Below, piece after piece: positions 42,398 to 51,138 of a DNA stretch of 64,000 nucleotides. The stretch comes from Oscillospiraceae bacterium. GTDB taxonomy: Bacteria > Bacillota > Clostridia > Oscillospirales > Oscillospiraceae. The DNA is taken from positions 5,577 to 69,576 of the forward strand of contig CADBKO010000006.1 in assembly GCA_902795345.1 (NCBI GenBank). Reading direction: 5' to 3'. A program made the translations under genes and the position numbers. The stretch's first letter is position 1; every line of letters starts with the position of its first letter. The notes under the pieces were generated by a model. That model made no database searches. It was not told the origin of the DNA and was given only the letters and a program-made list of their open reading frames with translations.

Positions 42398-44458
42398 ATG
42401 GCATACCGAGCTTTGGAGCGGATGCGGCAGAGGAACGCCGCGCTTTTCGGCCTGCCCGCCGCCCCGCTGCCGCCGGCGGAGCACTTCCGGGAGGGGGAGC
42501 GGAGCCTGAAAGCCATGGCCCTGCGCTTCCTCCACCGGCGCTGCGAGGACCTGCGCTTCGACCCCGCCCGAAGGGAGGCGGAGGAGGCGGACGGGCGCTG
42601 GCAGGGCGCCAGCTTTCTCCCCGGCCAGATCCCCTATGATATGCAGATGGACATCGACCGCCTTTGCCTGGAGCGGGAGCTGGAACGGTTCATCGACTCC
42701 GGGGCGGCGGAGGATGCCTATACCGTCTACTACTGCTATCTGGAAATGTTCTTCGGCCGCTATGGGCGCTCCAAGAAGATGGTGGAGCTGCTCAGCGAAT
42801 TTGAGTCCAACGGCAGCTCCCTCCTCATGAAGCACCGGGACCACTATTCCCACTCGGTCTATGTTTTTGCCCTGGGTCTGGCCGTCTACGAAGCCTGCGA
42901 GCCCTTCCGCCGGATCTTCCGGCGCTACTGCGGCTTCGATCCGGCGCAGCCGGACGCGGACCGGGCGGCGGCCTGCTGTTTCCTGGAATACTGGGGGCTC
43001 ACGGCCCTGTTCCACGACATCGGCTACCCCTTCGAGCTGCCCTTCGAGCAGGTGCTGTCCTACTTCGAGGTGACGGGCGAGAGCCGGGGCAAGGGCAGCC
43101 TCTACCTGGCCTACCGGGACCTGGACGCCCTGACGAAGCTGGGGGCGGAGGCCAGGGCCCGCTTCGAAGCGCTCTACGGGCGCGCTTTCGACACCACGGA
43201 AGCCCTCTTTGCCCATGGCATCACGGAGAAGCTGGGGGACGCCTACCGCTTCACCGAGGACTATGTGCTGGGGAAAATCCACGACAAGCCCCTGGAGCCC
43301 AACGCCTTCGGCTATTATATGGACCACGCCTATTTCAGCGCGGCCCGGCTCTACCGGGAGATCGAGGGCGCCCTGGGCCCGGCCAGGATCACGGAAAAGC
43401 ATGTGGACGCCCTGACGGCGATCCTGCTGCACAACAGCCTTTTCAAATTCGCCCTCTCCTTCTACAAGGACGAGGAGAAGCACGGCCCGCCCCTGCCCAT
43501 GGACCTCCATCCCCTGGCCTGGCTGCTGATGCTCTGCGACGAATTGCAGTGCTGGGACCGGACGGCCTACGGGCGCAACTCCCGGACGGAGCTGCACCCC
43601 ATGGCGGCGGACTTCGATTTCGGCCCCGGCGGTCTCCGGGCTACCTACTATTATGACAAGGAGGAGCAGGAGAAGATCGACGACTTCAAGGCTGCCTACC
43701 GGGCCTGGGAGGCGGGGGGCGAGCAGGGCAAGGCCCCCCGGCTGAAGGCTTACAGCGACATGGCGGAGAAGGAGCAGCGCTTCCTCTCGGACATCCGGAA
43801 GATCGTGGACACCGGCCTTTTTCCCCTGACCGTCGTCCCCGACACCCGGGAGGCGGACCGCCGGAGCAAGCACACCTATCTCTCCTCCAGCAGCTTCCTG
43901 CACCTGTATGATTTCGCCATCGCCCTCAACGCCCGCTATGCCTACCGGGGCCGGGAGAAGGAGATCCCGGCGGAACGGCTGGAAAAGGAATTTGAGGCCA
44001 TGTCCCTGGAATACCAGCTCTCCAACCTGAACCAGGCCAAGAGCTTCTCCCGCTATCTGGACGCCCTGGACTGCTTCTACACGGACCGGCCCGTGGACTA
44101 CCGGATGATCACCGCCTTCACCGACGAGCAGGCGGCGGTCATCGCCCCCATGGAGCACGAGCGCTGGGTGCTCGAGCATATCGCCATGGGCTGGCAGAGG
44201 GGCGATCTTTACGAGACGGCGGCCCTGCCGCCGGAGCTGACGGAGCATTTCTCCGATGAAAAGGAAGCCAGGAAAGCCCTCCGGGAGCAGCTGCGCATGC
44301 ACAAGCTGACCATGGACGGCGACCCCACGGAAGGGGAGATCTTCGCCCATTACGAGACCCTGCCGGAGGAAGAAAAGGAAAAGGACAGCGCCCCCTTCAA
44401 CAGCATGCTGAAGCTGGTGCGGAAATACGAGGGGCTGCGGATCTACGCGCTGGACTGA
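42398..44458 (+). CDS. HD-domain phosphohydrolase-like protein with a C-terminal RyR (ryanodine-receptor-repeat) domain
   Basis: Start moved to MAYRALERM (ATG 42398, AGAAGGAGG 8 nt upstream). HD signature HRDHYSHSVYV...LFHDIGYP...LCDELQCWDR. C-terminal IAPMEHERWVLEHIAMGWQRGD...HYETLPEEEKEKD... is RyR-domain-like. Confidence 0.75.
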   Translation: MAYRALERMRQRNAALFGLPAAPLPPAEHFREGERSLKAMALRFLHRRCEDLRFDPARREAEEADGRWQGASFLPGQIPYDMQMDIDRLCLERELERFIDSGAAEDAYTVYYCYLEMFFGRYGRSKKMVELLSEFESNGSSLLMKHRDHYSHSVYVFALGLAVYEACEPFRRIFRRYCGFDPAQPDADRAAACCFLEYWGLTALFHDIGYPFELPFEQVLSYFEVTGESRGKGSLYLAYRDLDALTKLGAEARARFEALYGRAFDTTEALFAHGITEKLGDAYRFTEDYVLGKIHDKPLEPNAFGYYMDHAYFSAARLYREIEGALGPARITEKHVDALTAILLHNSLFKFALSFYKDEEKHGPPLPMDLHPLAWLLMLCDELQCWDRTAYGRNSRTELHPMAADFDFGPGGLRATYYYDKEEQEKIDDFKAAYRAWEAGGEQGKAPRLKAYSDMAEKEQRFLSDIRKIVDTGLFPLTVVPDTREADRRSKHTYLSSSSFLHLYDFAIALNARYAYRGREKEIPAERLEKEFEAMSLEYQLSNLNQAKSFSRYLDALDCFYTDRPVDYRMITAFTDEQAAVIAPMEHERWVLEHIAMGWQRGDLYETAALPPELTEHFSDEKEARKALREQLRMHKLTMDGDPTEGEIFAHYETLPEEEKEKDSAPFNSMLKLVRKYEGLRIYALD

Positions 44459-44491
44459 GCGCCCGCGGCCGGAAAGGAAGGAACCAGGCTT

Positions 44492-45877
44492 ATGATCACA
44501 AGGGAACTCTGCGCGAAGGTCCTGGAGGCTGCCGCCGCCACGGGCGCGGACTACGCCGAGATCTTTGCGGAGAACAGCAAAAACCACAGCATCAATATGG
44601 TGTCCGGCAAGGTGGACGCCATCAGCGACGGCGTGGTCTTCGGCGCGGCCGTGCGGGTCTACAAGGGCCTGCGCAGCGTCATGGCCACCACCGTGGACGT
44701 CTCCGAGGACGGGCTCCTGCGCTGCGCGAAGCAGGCGGCCCAGGCCCTGGGAGAGGGCAAGGCGGCGCTGGACATCGTCCTGCGGGACCGGATGTTTGCC
44801 AATATCCACCCGATACGCACCGTCCCCTCCTCCGTGCCCAACCGGGACAAGGTGGAGATCCTGCGCACCGCCTGCCGGGGCGCTTACGCCTATGACAAGA
44901 GGATCAGCCAGGTCACGGGCAGCTTCCTGGACGTGGACCAGAATATCCTGATCGCCAGCACGGAGGGGATCTATGCTTCCGACCGCCGGGTGCGCACCCG
45001 CATCGCCGTGACCGCCCTGGCGGAGGCCAAGGAGGGCGGCACCCAGACCGGCTCCTGCTCTCCCGGGCGGCGCATGGGCATGGAGATGTTCGAAAAGGAA
45101 GTGGACGCGGAGGCCGTGGGGCGGGAGGCCGCCCGGCAGGCGGTGGTCATGTCCGAGGCGGGCTACTGCCCCGCCGGGGTGATGCCCGTCGCCATCGGCA
45201 ACGGCTTCGGCGGCGTCATCTTCCACGAGGCCTGCGGCCACAGCCTGGAGGCCAGCAGCGTGGCCTTCGGCCTCAGCCAGTTCACCGGCAAGCTGGGCCA
45301 GAAGATCGCCGGAGAAAAGGTGACCGCCTATGACGACGGCACCATCCCCAATGCCTGGGGCTCCCTGAACTTCGACGACGAGGGCACCCCCACCCGGCGC
45401 AGCGTGCTCATTGAAAACGGCGTGCTGAAAAACTATATGATCGACAAATTCAACAGCCGGCGCATGGGCATGGACCCCACCGGCTCCTCCCGGCGGGAGA
45501 GCTTCGCCTACACCCCCACCTCCCGCATGACCAACACCTTCATCGGCGAGGGAAGCGACGACAACGACGCAATCATCGCCTCCATCGACAACGGCCTTTA
45601 TGCGGCGGCCATGGGCGGCGGCAGCGTCAACCCCACCACCGGGGAATTCAACTTCGCCGTGCGGGAGGGCTATATGGTCCGCAAGGGCAAGATCTGCGAG
45701 CCGGTGCGGGGCGCTTCCCTGGTGGGAAAGGGGTCCGACGTTATCCTGAACATCGACATGGTGGGCAAGAATCTGCTGCTGGCCGAGGGCATGTGCGGCG
45801 CCTCCAGCGGCTCCATCCCCACCTGCGTGGGCCAGCCCATGATCCGGGTGTCGTCCATCACCGTGGGCGGAAGATAA
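44492..45877 (+). CDS. tldD: TldD-family metalloprotease
   Basis: 461 aa with the HExxxH motif FHEACGHSLE and the typical C-terminal ...GMCGASSGSIPT... motif. Confidence 0.9.
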   Translation: MITRELCAKVLEAAAATGADYAEIFAENSKNHSINMVSGKVDAISDGVVFGAAVRVYKGLRSVMATTVDVSEDGLLRCAKQAAQALGEGKAALDIVLRDRMFANIHPIRTVPSSVPNRDKVEILRTACRGAYAYDKRISQVTGSFLDVDQNILIASTEGIYASDRRVRTRIAVTALAEAKEGGTQTGSCSPGRRMGMEMFEKEVDAEAVGREAARQAVVMSEAGYCPAGVMPVAIGNGFGGVIFHEACGHSLEASSVAFGLSQFTGKLGQKIAGEKVTAYDDGTIPNAWGSLNFDDEGTPTRRSVLIENGVLKNYMIDKFNSRRMGMDPTGSSRRESFAYTPTSRMTNTFIGEGSDDNDAIIASIDNGLYAAAMGGGSVNPTTGEFNFAVREGYMVRKGKICEPVRGASLVGKGSDVILNIDMVGKNLLLAEGMCGASSGSIPTCVGQPMIRVSSITVGGR

Positions 45878-45889
45878 GGAGGGAGATCA

Positions 45890-47233
45890 ATGGATTTCAA
45901 GGAATTCAAAGCGTTGGTGACCGCCCGGGCCGAAAAGGCCGGACTGGCGGACTACGAGCTTTACTACACATCCCAGGAGAGCACCGAGGTGAGCATGTTC
46001 AACGGGGAGCTGGACAGCTTCACCTCCTCCCTCACCGGCGGCGCGGCCTTCCGCTGCATCGTGGACGGGCACATGGGCGCGGCCTATACCCAGGAGCTGA
46101 GCGAGGAGGCGGCGGAAAGCCTGGTGCTGCGGGCCAGGGAAAACGCCCTGACCCTGGAAAAGGAGGAGGAAGCCTTCTTCGCCGAGGGCGGCGCAGAATA
46201 CCCGGATGTGAAGCCGGTGGAATATCCCGTCCTGGGGGCGGAGGCGCTCATCCAGGCGGCGCAGGACGCCTGCGGCGCCCTGAAGACCTCCCACGAAAAG
46301 ATCACGGACCGCTGCAGCGCGGAAGCTCTCACGGAGCAGACCAGGACCAGCCTTGTAAATTCCCATGGGGCGGACCTGAGCTGGACTAATTCCGTGGACG
46401 CGGTGGTCCTGTCCGCGGTGGTGTCCGACGGGAAAGAGGACAACGACGATTACGACATCAAGGTGGGCGTCCCCGCATCCCTGGACCTGAAGGCCATCGC
46501 CAAAACCACGGCGGCGCGGGCTGCCGACATGCTGGGAGCCGGCGTCGCCCCCACCGCCGCCTGCCCGGTGATCTTCTCCCCCAAGGCCATGTACAGCATG
46601 ATCACCACCTTTGCCTCTGCCTTCAGCGCGGAGAACGCCCGGAAGGGCCTGTCCGCCCTGAAAGGGAAGGAGGGGGAGGTGATCGCCTCGGAGCTGGTGA
46701 CGCTTCTGGACGATCCCTTCTATCCGGAGAGCCCCTATCCCCAGAAATTCGACGGGGAGGGCAGCCCCACCCGGCGGAAGGAGCTCATCTCCCGGGGCGT
46801 GCTGAACACCCTGCTCTACGACCTGTCCGCCGCCCACGCCGCAGGGAAGGAGACCACCGGCAACGCTTTCCGCCAGAGCTACGATTCCCCCGTGTCCATC
46901 CAGCCCTATACCCTCGTCCTGGCCCCCGGCGCTCTGTCGGAGGAGGCGCTGCTGGCCAAGTGCGGCAGCGGGGTGTGGATCGACTTCCTGGGCGGCACCC
47001 ACGCCGGGGCCAACCCCATCAGCGGGGATTTCTCCCTCCAGAGCGAGGGCTTCCTGGTGGAAGGGGGCAAGAAGACGAGGCCCGTCCGTTCCTTCACCGT
47101 CTCCGGCAATTTCTTTACGCTGCTGAAGAACATCACGGCCCTTTCCGACAAGGCGGAGCTGCCCCGGCCGGGCCTGCCCGCCGTCGCCTCCCCCGCGGTG
47201 CTGGTGGAGGGGCTCACCGTCTCCGGCAGCTGA
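45890..47233 (+). CDS. pmbA: PmbA/TldE-family protein (TldD partner)
   Basis: 447-aa TldD paralogue lacking HExxxH, 12 nt downstream of tldD. Confidence 0.85.
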   Translation: MDFKEFKALVTARAEKAGLADYELYYTSQESTEVSMFNGELDSFTSSLTGGAAFRCIVDGHMGAAYTQELSEEAAESLVLRARENALTLEKEEEAFFAEGGAEYPDVKPVEYPVLGAEALIQAAQDACGALKTSHEKITDRCSAEALTEQTRTSLVNSHGADLSWTNSVDAVVLSAVVSDGKEDNDDYDIKVGVPASLDLKAIAKTTAARAADMLGAGVAPTAACPVIFSPKAMYSMITTFASAFSAENARKGLSALKGKEGEVIASELVTLLDDPFYPESPYPQKFDGEGSPTRRKELISRGVLNTLLYDLSAAHAAGKETTGNAFRQSYDSPVSIQPYTLVLAPGALSEEALLAKCGSGVWIDFLGGTHAGANPISGDFSLQSEGFLVEGGKKTRPVRSFTVSGNFFTLLKNITALSDKAELPRPGLPAVASPAVLVEGLTVSGS

Positions 47234-47302
47234 GTCCGGCGTGACAATCGGGAAAACATCTGCTATACTGGTAAGGATTTACAAATAAACGGAGGACGAT
47301 CT

Positions 47303-48877
47303 ATGAAACGGATGGTGAAATCCGCCCTTGCCCTCATGCTCTGCGCCGTAATGCTCCTGTCCCTCCCCGCCGTGGCCGCGGACAAGACCGGGACCAAGAC
47401 CTTCTATGACCAGCTGGACGGCTATGCCCAGGGCATCTACAACGCCTTCTGCCGCTCGGACGTGCAGGGGTGGCTGCGCACGGGGGAGAAATTCACCCTG
47501 ACCTTCGACGGCCCCTTCAGCGACGCGCAGGCCGCGGCCAACGCCATCGCCCAGGCGGAAACATGGGCCCTCGCCGCTTTTGAGTTGGACTATCCGGACT
47601 TCTTCTGGCTGAGGGGCAGCGACGTCAACGTCAGCGGAAACAGCGATAAGCTGACCATGACGGTGACGACCAATTTCTGGAACAACTGGGCCAACGGCTC
47701 CCGCAGCGTCTTCGACGACGAAGCCGCGGTGACCGCCGCAGTGCGGAGGATCGCCGGGGAAGCCAGGGCTCAGGGCGGGACTTACGAGCAGCTGCTCTAC
47801 ATCCACGACTGGCTGACCCTGAACAACCAATACAACCTCGCGGCGACGGAGTCCAAGGACAAGGAATCCAACCGTGTGCCCTATACCCCCGTCAGCGCCC
47901 TGACCGGCGAGGAAGACCCCGTCTGCGAGGGCTATGCCCAGGCATACAAGCTGCTCTGCGACGAGCTGGATATCCCCTGCCTCTACGTCATCGGTTACGC
48001 CTGGACCGGCAGTGCCTGGGGCCTGCACACCTGGAACCAGGTGCTTCTGGAGGGACAGTGGTACGCCGTGGACGCCACCTATGACGACCCCACCGGCGGC
48101 GCTTCCGGGAAGGTTTCCGGCCTTGAGCGGCACGATTATTTTCTGGCAGGCGCACAGACCGTCGCCGGCGGATATTATTTCTCGGACACCCATTCCCCCA
48201 CCGGCGAGAAGATATCCGGCATTCCCTTCACCTACCCCGATCTGGCTTCCGAGGCCTACGGCGGCGGTTATACGGAGCCGGAAGACCCCTATTGGGGAGA
48301 CGAGCCCGAATACCCCGATGATCCTTACTGGGGCGACGAACCGGAGTGGCCCGATGAGCCCGAGTATCCCGAGGAACCGGATTACGGCAGCCTGTTCCGG
48401 CGGCAGGACATCCCCGAAGCGGGGACCGCAGTGGAGAGCATCCTCACCGTCACCATCGACGACGAGAAGGTCACCCTGCCCGCCTATGCCCTGCTGGACG
48501 AAAAGGGCAACCCCACCAACTATGTCCGCCTGCGGGACCTGGCCGCCCTGCTGAACGGCACGGAGGCCGAATTCGACGTGCTGTGGAGCAAGGCGACGGG
48601 CATCAGCATCGAGCCCTGGTGCTCCTACGACCACCCCAACGGCACCGAGGGCAACGTCCCCTTCTCCGGGGACCAGCCCTACACCGTCTATTTGGAGGAC
48701 ACCCTGGTGGACGGGATGCCCCTGTCCCTGACCGCCTTCCAGATCAGCTGGGAGGGCGGCAGCCACACCTATTACCAACTGCGGGACCTGGGCCGCGCCA
48801 TGAGCTTCAACGTGGGCTGGACCCGGGAACGGGGCCTCTTCATCGAGCCCGACGAATTTTACACCGACGAGGATTGA
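47303..48877 (+). CDS. Secreted transglutaminase-like cysteine-protease-fold protein with an acidic/aromatic tandem repeat and a C-terminal copper-amine-oxidase-N-like domain
   Basis: Signal peptide ...LLSLPAVAA. Has CEGYAQAYKLLCDELDIPC...HTWNQV...AVDATYDD (Cys-His-Asp core), PEDPYWGDEPEYPDDPYWGDEPEWPDEPEYPEEPDYG, and C-terminal ...LPAYALLDEKGNPTNYVRLRDLAALLNGT... Confidence 0.75.
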   Translation: MKRMVKSALALMLCAVMLLSLPAVAADKTGTKTFYDQLDGYAQGIYNAFCRSDVQGWLRTGEKFTLTFDGPFSDAQAAANAIAQAETWALAAFELDYPDFFWLRGSDVNVSGNSDKLTMTVTTNFWNNWANGSRSVFDDEAAVTAAVRRIAGEARAQGGTYEQLLYIHDWLTLNNQYNLAATESKDKESNRVPYTPVSALTGEEDPVCEGYAQAYKLLCDELDIPCLYVIGYAWTGSAWGLHTWNQVLLEGQWYAVDATYDDPTGGASGKVSGLERHDYFLAGAQTVAGGYYFSDTHSPTGEKISGIPFTYPDLASEAYGGGYTEPEDPYWGDEPEYPDDPYWGDEPEWPDEPEYPEEPDYGSLFRRQDIPEAGTAVESILTVTIDDEKVTLPAYALLDEKGNPTNYVRLRDLAALLNGTEAEFDVLWSKATGISIEPWCSYDHPNGTEGNVPFSGDQPYTVYLEDTLVDGMPLSLTAFQISWEGGSHTYYQLRDLGRAMSFNVGWTRERGLFIEPDEFYTDED

Positions 48878-48892
48878 CCCTCTTATAGAAAT

Positions 48893-49046
48893 AGGGCCTG
48901 CCAGAAAATGCTTCAGCCTCGTCATTCCGAGACCAGTCCGCAGACTGGTCGTGGGAATCCGTCCCCCCAATACAGGGGAAAACGGATTGCCACAGCCCCT
49001 TTCGGGGCTTCGCAATGACGACAACGGGCATTTTCTGGCAGGCCCT
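48893..49046. repeat. 154-bp structured repeat, copy B (same family as 42152-42306, opposite orientation)
   Basis: agggcctgccagaaaatgc (48893-48911) pairs with gcattttctggcaggccct (49028-49046). Conserved cores tcgtcattccga, gtgggaatccgt, aacggattgccac and tcgcaatgacga. Hairpins at 48931-48950 and 48994-49009. Confidence 0.85.
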
Positions 49047-49049
49047 TCG

Positions 49050-49928
49050 TTATTCTTCCCTCGGTTCCGTCAGCTGATGGACCAGGACCGCTCCCAGGAT
49101 GAGGAGGCAGCCGATCACCTCCCGAAGGGAGGGGACCTCCCCCAGAAGCAGCAGGGCAAAGAGGATGCCGTAGACCGTTTCCAGGGCCGAACAGAGGCCC
49201 GCAGTCCGGGCGGGGAGGGTCTTCAGGCCGGAGATGAACAGGGTATGGGCCAGGGCGGTGGTGACCACCCCCAGGACGAGCAGAAGCCCCAGGTCCGGGA
49301 GGGTGGGGCGGAAGCAGCCGCTTTGCAGCACGAAGGGCAGCAGGATAAGCGCCGCCGACGCCTGCTCGTAAAAGGCGGTCAGGGCCCCGTCGTATTTTGC
49401 CGCAAAGCCCTTGTTCATCAGCGTCAGGACCGCGTAGGCCAGGGCGGAGAGGAGGCCGACCAGGATGCCCCGGAACATGCGGTTTTCAAAGGAAAAGGCG
49501 GGCACCGTGACGATCACCCCCAGGAGGATCGTCAGAGCGGCGGCCACGCTTCTTATGGAGAGCTTCCGATGGAACAGGAGGGGTTCCAGCAGGGTCACGA
49601 ACAGGGGGAAGGAGGCGAAGGTGAGGGTGCCCACCGCCACGGTGGAGAGCTGGATGGACGCCAGGAAGGCCCACCAGTGGAGGGCCAGGATGGCCCCGGC
49701 GATTAGGAGCCGCATAAGGTCCTTTTTCTCCGCGACGCGGAAGGCGCGCTTTCCCAGCAGCCGGAACAGCCCCAGGGCGACGGAGGAGAACAGCACCCGG
49801 CCGAAGGCGATGGCCAGGGCGTTCAGGGCGATCCACCTGGCAAAGAGGCCCGCCAGGCCGAAGAGCAGCACCGCGCCATGGACGGCGGCGAGGCCGCGCC
49901 GCTTCACAGAGGCCTTCCTTCCCCCCAT
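49050..49928 (-). CDS. EamA/DMT-family transporter
   Basis: Ten-TM-like protein. Start moved to MGGRKASVKRRGLAAV (ATG 49928) so that it follows rather than overlaps the serine dehydratase stop (49933-49935). Confidence 0.75.
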   Translation of the reverse strand: MGGRKASVKRRGLAAVHGAVLLFGLAGLFARWIALNALAIAFGRVLFSSVALGLFRLLGKRAFRVAEKKDLMRLLIAGAILALHWWAFLASIQLSTVAVGTLTFASFPLFVTLLEPLLFHRKLSIRSVAAALTILLGVIVTVPAFSFENRMFRGILVGLLSALAYAVLTLMNKGFAAKYDGALTAFYEQASAALILLPFVLQSGCFRPTLPDLGLLLVLGVVTTALAHTLFISGLKTLPARTAGLCSALETVYGILFALLLLGEVPSLREVIGCLLILGAVLVHQLTEPREE

Positions 49929-49932
49929 AGGG

Positions 49933-51138
49933 TCATCTCCCCTGCTGTTCCCGGTAGATCTGAGCAAGGCCCCCGTGGGAGGTCTCCCGGTATTTTTCAT
50001 CCATGTCCAGGCCGGTGCGGTACATGGTGGCCACCACCTCGTCGAAGGAGATCTTTCTCGTGGCGGAAAGGAAGCGGGAGAGATTCGTGCTGCTCAGGGC
50101 CCGCATGGCCGCTACGGCGTTGCGCTCGATGCAGGGGATCTGCACCAGCCCACCCACGGGGTCGCAGGTGAGGCCCAGGTTGTGCTCCATGGCGATCTCG
50201 GCGGCGTATTCCGTCTCGTCCAGGCTGAGGCCGAAAAGGGTGGCGACGGCAGCGGCGGCCATGCTGCAGGCAGAGCCGATCTCCGCCTGGCAGCCGCACT
50301 CCGCCCCGGAGATGCTGGCGTTGGTCCGGATGACGTTCCCCACCAGGCCCGCCACCGCCAGGGCATTCAGTATCTCCTCCTCCGGGAAGCCCCGGTCATG
50401 CTGCATATAGTAGAGGATGCCGGGGATCACGCCGCAGCTGCCGCAGGTGGGGGCGGTGACCACGATATGCTCGCAGGCGTTCTCCTCGCTGACGGCATAG
50501 GTATAGGCGGCGATGAGCCGGTTCATGGTGACGTCGGAGCTCTCGTTGTAGCAGCGCTTTCCATAAAGGTATTTCGCCTTGCGCGCCACGTTCAGCCCGC
50601 CGGGCAGGATGCCCTCCGCCGCGAGGCCCCGTTCCACCGCCTCCTGCATGGCTTTCCAGATCTTGCGGAGATACTCCCCCAGGCTCGCCCCTTCCAAGAC
50701 GTTGATGAACTGGACGAGGCTGATCTTCTCCTGCCGGCAGAGGTCCAGGATCTCCGCAAAATCCTTCTGGGGATAGACCTCCCGGTCCTCGTCGGATTCC
50801 TCATTTTCGATGCGGATGGAGCCGCCGCCCACGCTGAAGACGCGCTGGTCCGTCAGTTCCTTTCCCTTCCTGAAGGCCCGGAAGCGCATGGTATTGGGAT
50901 GAGGCAGCTCCTTCGCGTCCGGGTCGAAGAGGATCTCTGCGCCGGGCAGCGCCGTCCGGATGGCCTTCTCCGTGCCGTGGCCCTCCCCGGTGAAGGCCAG
51001 GGAACCGTAGAGGGTGACCTGCCAGGCATCCGCCTCCGGATAACGCTCGCCCATGAGCAGGGCGGCGCGGTAGGGGCCCACGGTATGGGAACTGGAGGGC
51101 CCGTTTCCGATCTTGTAAACGCTGGTGATGCTCTTCAT
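49933..51138 (-). CDS. sdaA: L-serine ammonia-lyase, iron-sulfur-dependent, single-chain form
   Basis: N-terminus [17 protein letters not shown], then ...[13 protein letters not shown]... and ...[13 protein letters not shown]... Confidence 0.9.
   Translation of the reverse strand: MKSITSVYKIGNGPSSSHTVGPYRAALLMGERYPEADAWQVTLYGSLAFTGEGHGTEKAIRTALPGAEILFDPDAKELPHPNTMRFRAFRKGKELTDQRVFSVGGGSIRIENEESDEDREVYPQKDFAEILDLCRQEKISLVQFINVLEGASLGEYLRKIWKAMQEAVERGLAAEGILPGGLNVARKAKYLYGKRCYNESSDVTMNRLIAAYTYAVSEENACEHIVVTAPTCGSCGVIPGILYYMQHDRGFPEEEILNALAVAGLVGNVIRTNASISGAECGCQAEIGSACSMAAAAVATLFGLSLDETEYAAEIAMEHNLGLTCDPVGGLVQIPCIERNAVAAMRALSSTNLSRFLSATRKISFDEVVATMYRTGLDMDEKYRETSHGGLAQIYREQQGR

Noticed and set aside
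42103-42516. Small ORFs reading through the repeat elements (42103-42516, 48840-49031, 16896-17117, 60332-60529)
   Set aside because: Their open frames are created by the palindromic repeats, the same DNA is open on both strands, and they lack SD sequences. I treat them as translation artefacts of non-coding repeats.
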